DNA of 63,973 nt, counting the filler, from Deltaproteobacteria bacterium (GTDB taxonomy: Bacteria > JAUYMQ01), in NCBI GenBank assembly GCA_030698575.1. It is 8 parts of 8 records of this genome, joined end to end, with 100 filler letters (N's around TTAATTAATTAA, not from the genome) between each part and the next. Parts side by side here need not be neighbours in the genome. Positions count along the whole stretch, not along the records: positions 61,358 to 63,973 come from JAUYMQ010000466.1; 7 more parts are not named here. The stretch is one strand, 5' to 3'. The position numbers and the translations under genes were made by a program. The notes under the pieces were generated by a model that had not been told where the DNA came from, made no database searches, and was given only the letters and a program-made list of their open reading frames with translations. This document shows, piece after piece, positions 61,835-63,973 of the stretch; within the stretch, counting starts at the first letter, position 1; every line of letters starts with the position of its first letter.

Positions 61835-63274
61835 TTAGAAGCCGTATTCCTTCCACTCGGCGCGCACGCGCTGCAGGTGCTCGGCCGGCGGCAGCGAGGT
61901 CGGGGGAAAATTGTGCTTTTTCGTGGCGTCGATGCCGATCTTGCTCGAGGTGAGGCGGCTCGCGTCCAGCGGTGGAACATCCTCGGCTGCCTGCGAGGGA
62001 TCGAGCCGCAAGGCTGCCGTGTTCGGAGCGATAAGGATATCCTTGTGCGGCTGCACGCGGAAACTCAGCGCCCAGTTGACCATGAACGCGTCGCGCACGT
62101 CGATGTCCTCGTCGACCACGACCGTGAACTTGCCCAGCGTCGGATCCACGGCCCAGGCGCCGAACATCGCCTGCTGGGCCTGTCCGGGATATTCCTTCTT
62201 GATCGATATCACCAGGTATCCCCCCGCGCCGCTCGCGTGCAGCAGGTGGACGTCCTTGACCGGCAGCTTCAGATCGAGCAGGTGCCGGCGGATCGCCGCC
62301 TCGCGGCCGAAGCCCCGGATGGTGCTCGATTCGCTGGGCGGCATCTCGCTCAGGAAAGCCTGGTATATCGGCTTGTGGCGGCGGGTGATCGCGGTCACGT
62401 CGAGTACGAAGGATTCCAGAGCGGCCCCTATGTACCCGGTGTACTCGCCGAACGGACCCTCCCGCTCGGTTTCGTTCTTACGGATGAACCCTTCGATGAT
62501 GATTTCCGCGTTGGCCGGGACGAGGAGGTCCACCGTCTTCGCCTTCACCACCGGCACGGGTTCTCCGCGCAGCGCGCCCGCCACTCCCATTTCGTCGGTG
62601 CCATAGGGAATTCTCGCCACTGAACATAGTCCGATGCTTGGGTCCGAGCCCATCGCAACACATACCGGCGTCGGCAGGTCGCGCTGGTTGTGCTTGAGCA
62701 CGTGCTTGCGGCCGTCCTGCACGTTGAGCATGGATATCCCGATCTTGCGCGGTCCCTTGACCTGGCAGCGGTAGGTGCCGATGTTCTGGATGCCTGTGTC
62801 CGGGTCCCTGGTGATCACGAGCGGGGCGGTGAGATACGGTCCCGGGTCGTAGCCGACCGTCCACGTCGGCACGGGCAGGGAAAACAGGCTGGCTGCTTCG
62901 CCCAGATGGACTTCCTCATGCACCGGGGCACTGCTCACGATCTGCGGGGCGATCGGGTTGCGAAGCGCGCGGGTCCACGCGTCGGGGATGTCATCGATGC
63001 TCGGCGCCCGCAGCGCCAGCGCATAGATGGCGCGCGAACTGCCGAGCACGCCCAGCACGACTGGAATGTCGTACCCCTTCACGTTCTCGAACATCAGCGC
63101 GCAGCGCTCGCCCTCGGGAACGCTCTGAAAATTCACGCGCGCCACGGCGGAGATCTCCCAGTCCTTGTCCACCTGCCGGGAGATCCGTTTCAGCTTTCCG
63201 TTCCGCTCGAGCACCTGCAGGTACTCGCGCAGGTCAGCGTAAGCCTTTTGAGGCTTTCCGTTCAACGGGGCCAT
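61835..63274 (-). CDS. UbiD-family prFMN-dependent (de)carboxylase
   Basis: DLREYL, NIGTYR, EGPFGEYTGY, VVDEDID, GIDAT; GGAGG RBS. Confidence 0.92.
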   Translation of the reverse strand: MAPLNGKPQKAYADLREYLQVLERNGKLKRISRQVDKDWEISAVARVNFQSVPEGERCALMFENVKGYDIPVVLGVLGSSRAIYALALRAPSIDDIPDAWTRALRNPIAPQIVSSAPVHEEVHLGEAASLFSLPVPTWTVGYDPGPYLTAPLVITRDPDTGIQNIGTYRCQVKGPRKIGISMLNVQDGRKHVLKHNQRDLPTPVCVAMGSDPSIGLCSVARIPYGTDEMGVAGALRGEPVPVVKAKTVDLLVPANAEIIIEGFIRKNETEREGPFGEYTGYIGAALESFVLDVTAITRRHKPIYQAFLSEMPPSESSTIRGFGREAAIRRHLLDLKLPVKDVHLLHASGAGGYLVISIKKEYPGQAQQAMFGAWAVDPTLGKFTVVVDEDIDVRDAFMVNWALSFRVQPHKDILIAPNTAALRLDPSQAAEDVPPLDASRLTSSKIGIDATKKHNFPPTSLPPAEHLQRVRAEWKEYGF

Positions 63275-63562
63275 TTTCGCTTCCTCCGGGACATTGACGG
63301 GGCGATTCGGTAAACGCGACGGCGCGACGAGTGCGACGTTCCGACGTGGACGGCCGAGTGTTGCGTCAGCGCGTGACTGCCATCGACAATCCGGGCTGGA
63401 CACAGGCACGGGCGTGCCGGTCAGTGGCTGACGTTATAATCCGGGCCAGACAGGCAGTCAAGCAATGTTGGTTGCCCCATCGAATGCGCGGCGCGATCCC
63501 CGTGCGCAAGAATGACGGCCGTTTCAGGAATCCTGATGCTCCCGCCCGGGCTGCACCGGAAC

Positions 63563-63591
63563 TTGACGGCCGGGCGGCCCGTTGATAAAGT
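63563..63591 (+). promoter_or_regulatory. Sigma-70-like promoter
   Basis: TTGACG-N17-TAAAGT, upstream of GGAGG and ATG 63621. Confidence 0.5.
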
Positions 63592-63620
63592 AACTTAACC
63601 AAATCGCCGGGGAGGCGACC

Positions 63621-63973
63621 ATGGGCGTACCTTCCAAACATCAAACCGGACGTGACGCCGAAACTCGCGTCGCGCCGCCGTCCGCGTTGCCGCGGGCCCT
63701 CGATTGTGACCTGCGCGGTTTCCTTGCCAGCAACGCCGACGTCCTCACGCGCATCGCGAAACCGGTTTCGATCGAGCATATCCCCGCGCTCTCGGCGCAG
63801 AGCGAGCAGCCGATCCTGTTCGAGAACATCATCGAGAAGCCCGGCTTCCGGCTGTGCGACATCCTGGTCAAGCACCGCCCCCTGCAGGCGCGTGCTCTCG
63901 GCGTGCCCCAGGAGGCCTATCTGCGCACGCTCGCGCAGCGGCTGCGCAAGCCGCCGCGCGGCTTCCGGGACGT
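63621..63973 (+). CDS. Second UbiD-family protein, N-terminus (3' truncated)
   Basis: Hand translation gives DLRGFL..I.KPV..PILFENI..PGF..ARALGV; missing from the ORF track. Confidence 0.7.
   Translation, partial: MGVPSKHQTGRDAETRVAPPSALPRALDCDLRGFLASNADVLTRIAKPVSIEHIPALSAQSEQPILFENIIEKPGFRLCDILVKHRPLQARALGVPQEAYLRTLAQRLRKPPRGFRD

Overview
This window is not contiguous. It is eight contig fragments joined by 100-bp N/TTAATTAATTAA/N linkers, from a GC-rich bacterial assembly (probably a MAG, possibly with mixed origins). Contig 1 (1-6881): macro-domain gene, a ccsA-hemA-hemC-cobA/hemD-hemB operon and the start of polA. Contig 2 (6982-36427): mixed metabolic and detoxification genes (five GST-fold genes, lipA, crotonases, a cyclase-AAA-TPR protein) plus two tandem ~70-aa paralogous microproteins, each behind a sigma-54-like promoter. 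Contig 3: LysM-M23, apt, RluA, TPR. Contig 4 (39213-47667): an integrative element beside tRNA-Gln(CTG) with a tyrosine integrase, three Xis/MerR-like HTH genes, an HTH-queC-queE-queD operon and a divergent atypical queF. This is a candidate mobile 7-deazaguanine system, truncated by the contig end. Contig 5: a CxxC-less DipZ-like protein, a phenylpyruvate/indolepyruvate decarboxylase and the end of ppa. Contig 6: an RHS toxin locus whose RHS protein carries TSP3-like repeats, an IPTL-CTERM-like anchor and a signal-peptide-like segment inserted just before the core, followed by immunity and orphan cassettes. Contig 7: IPTL-CTERM propeller protein, REC-GGDEF-EAL, FG-GAP protein. Contig 8: a UDG-family glycosylase and two divergent UbiD genes. 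All family calls come from motif recognition by eye; no database searches were run.
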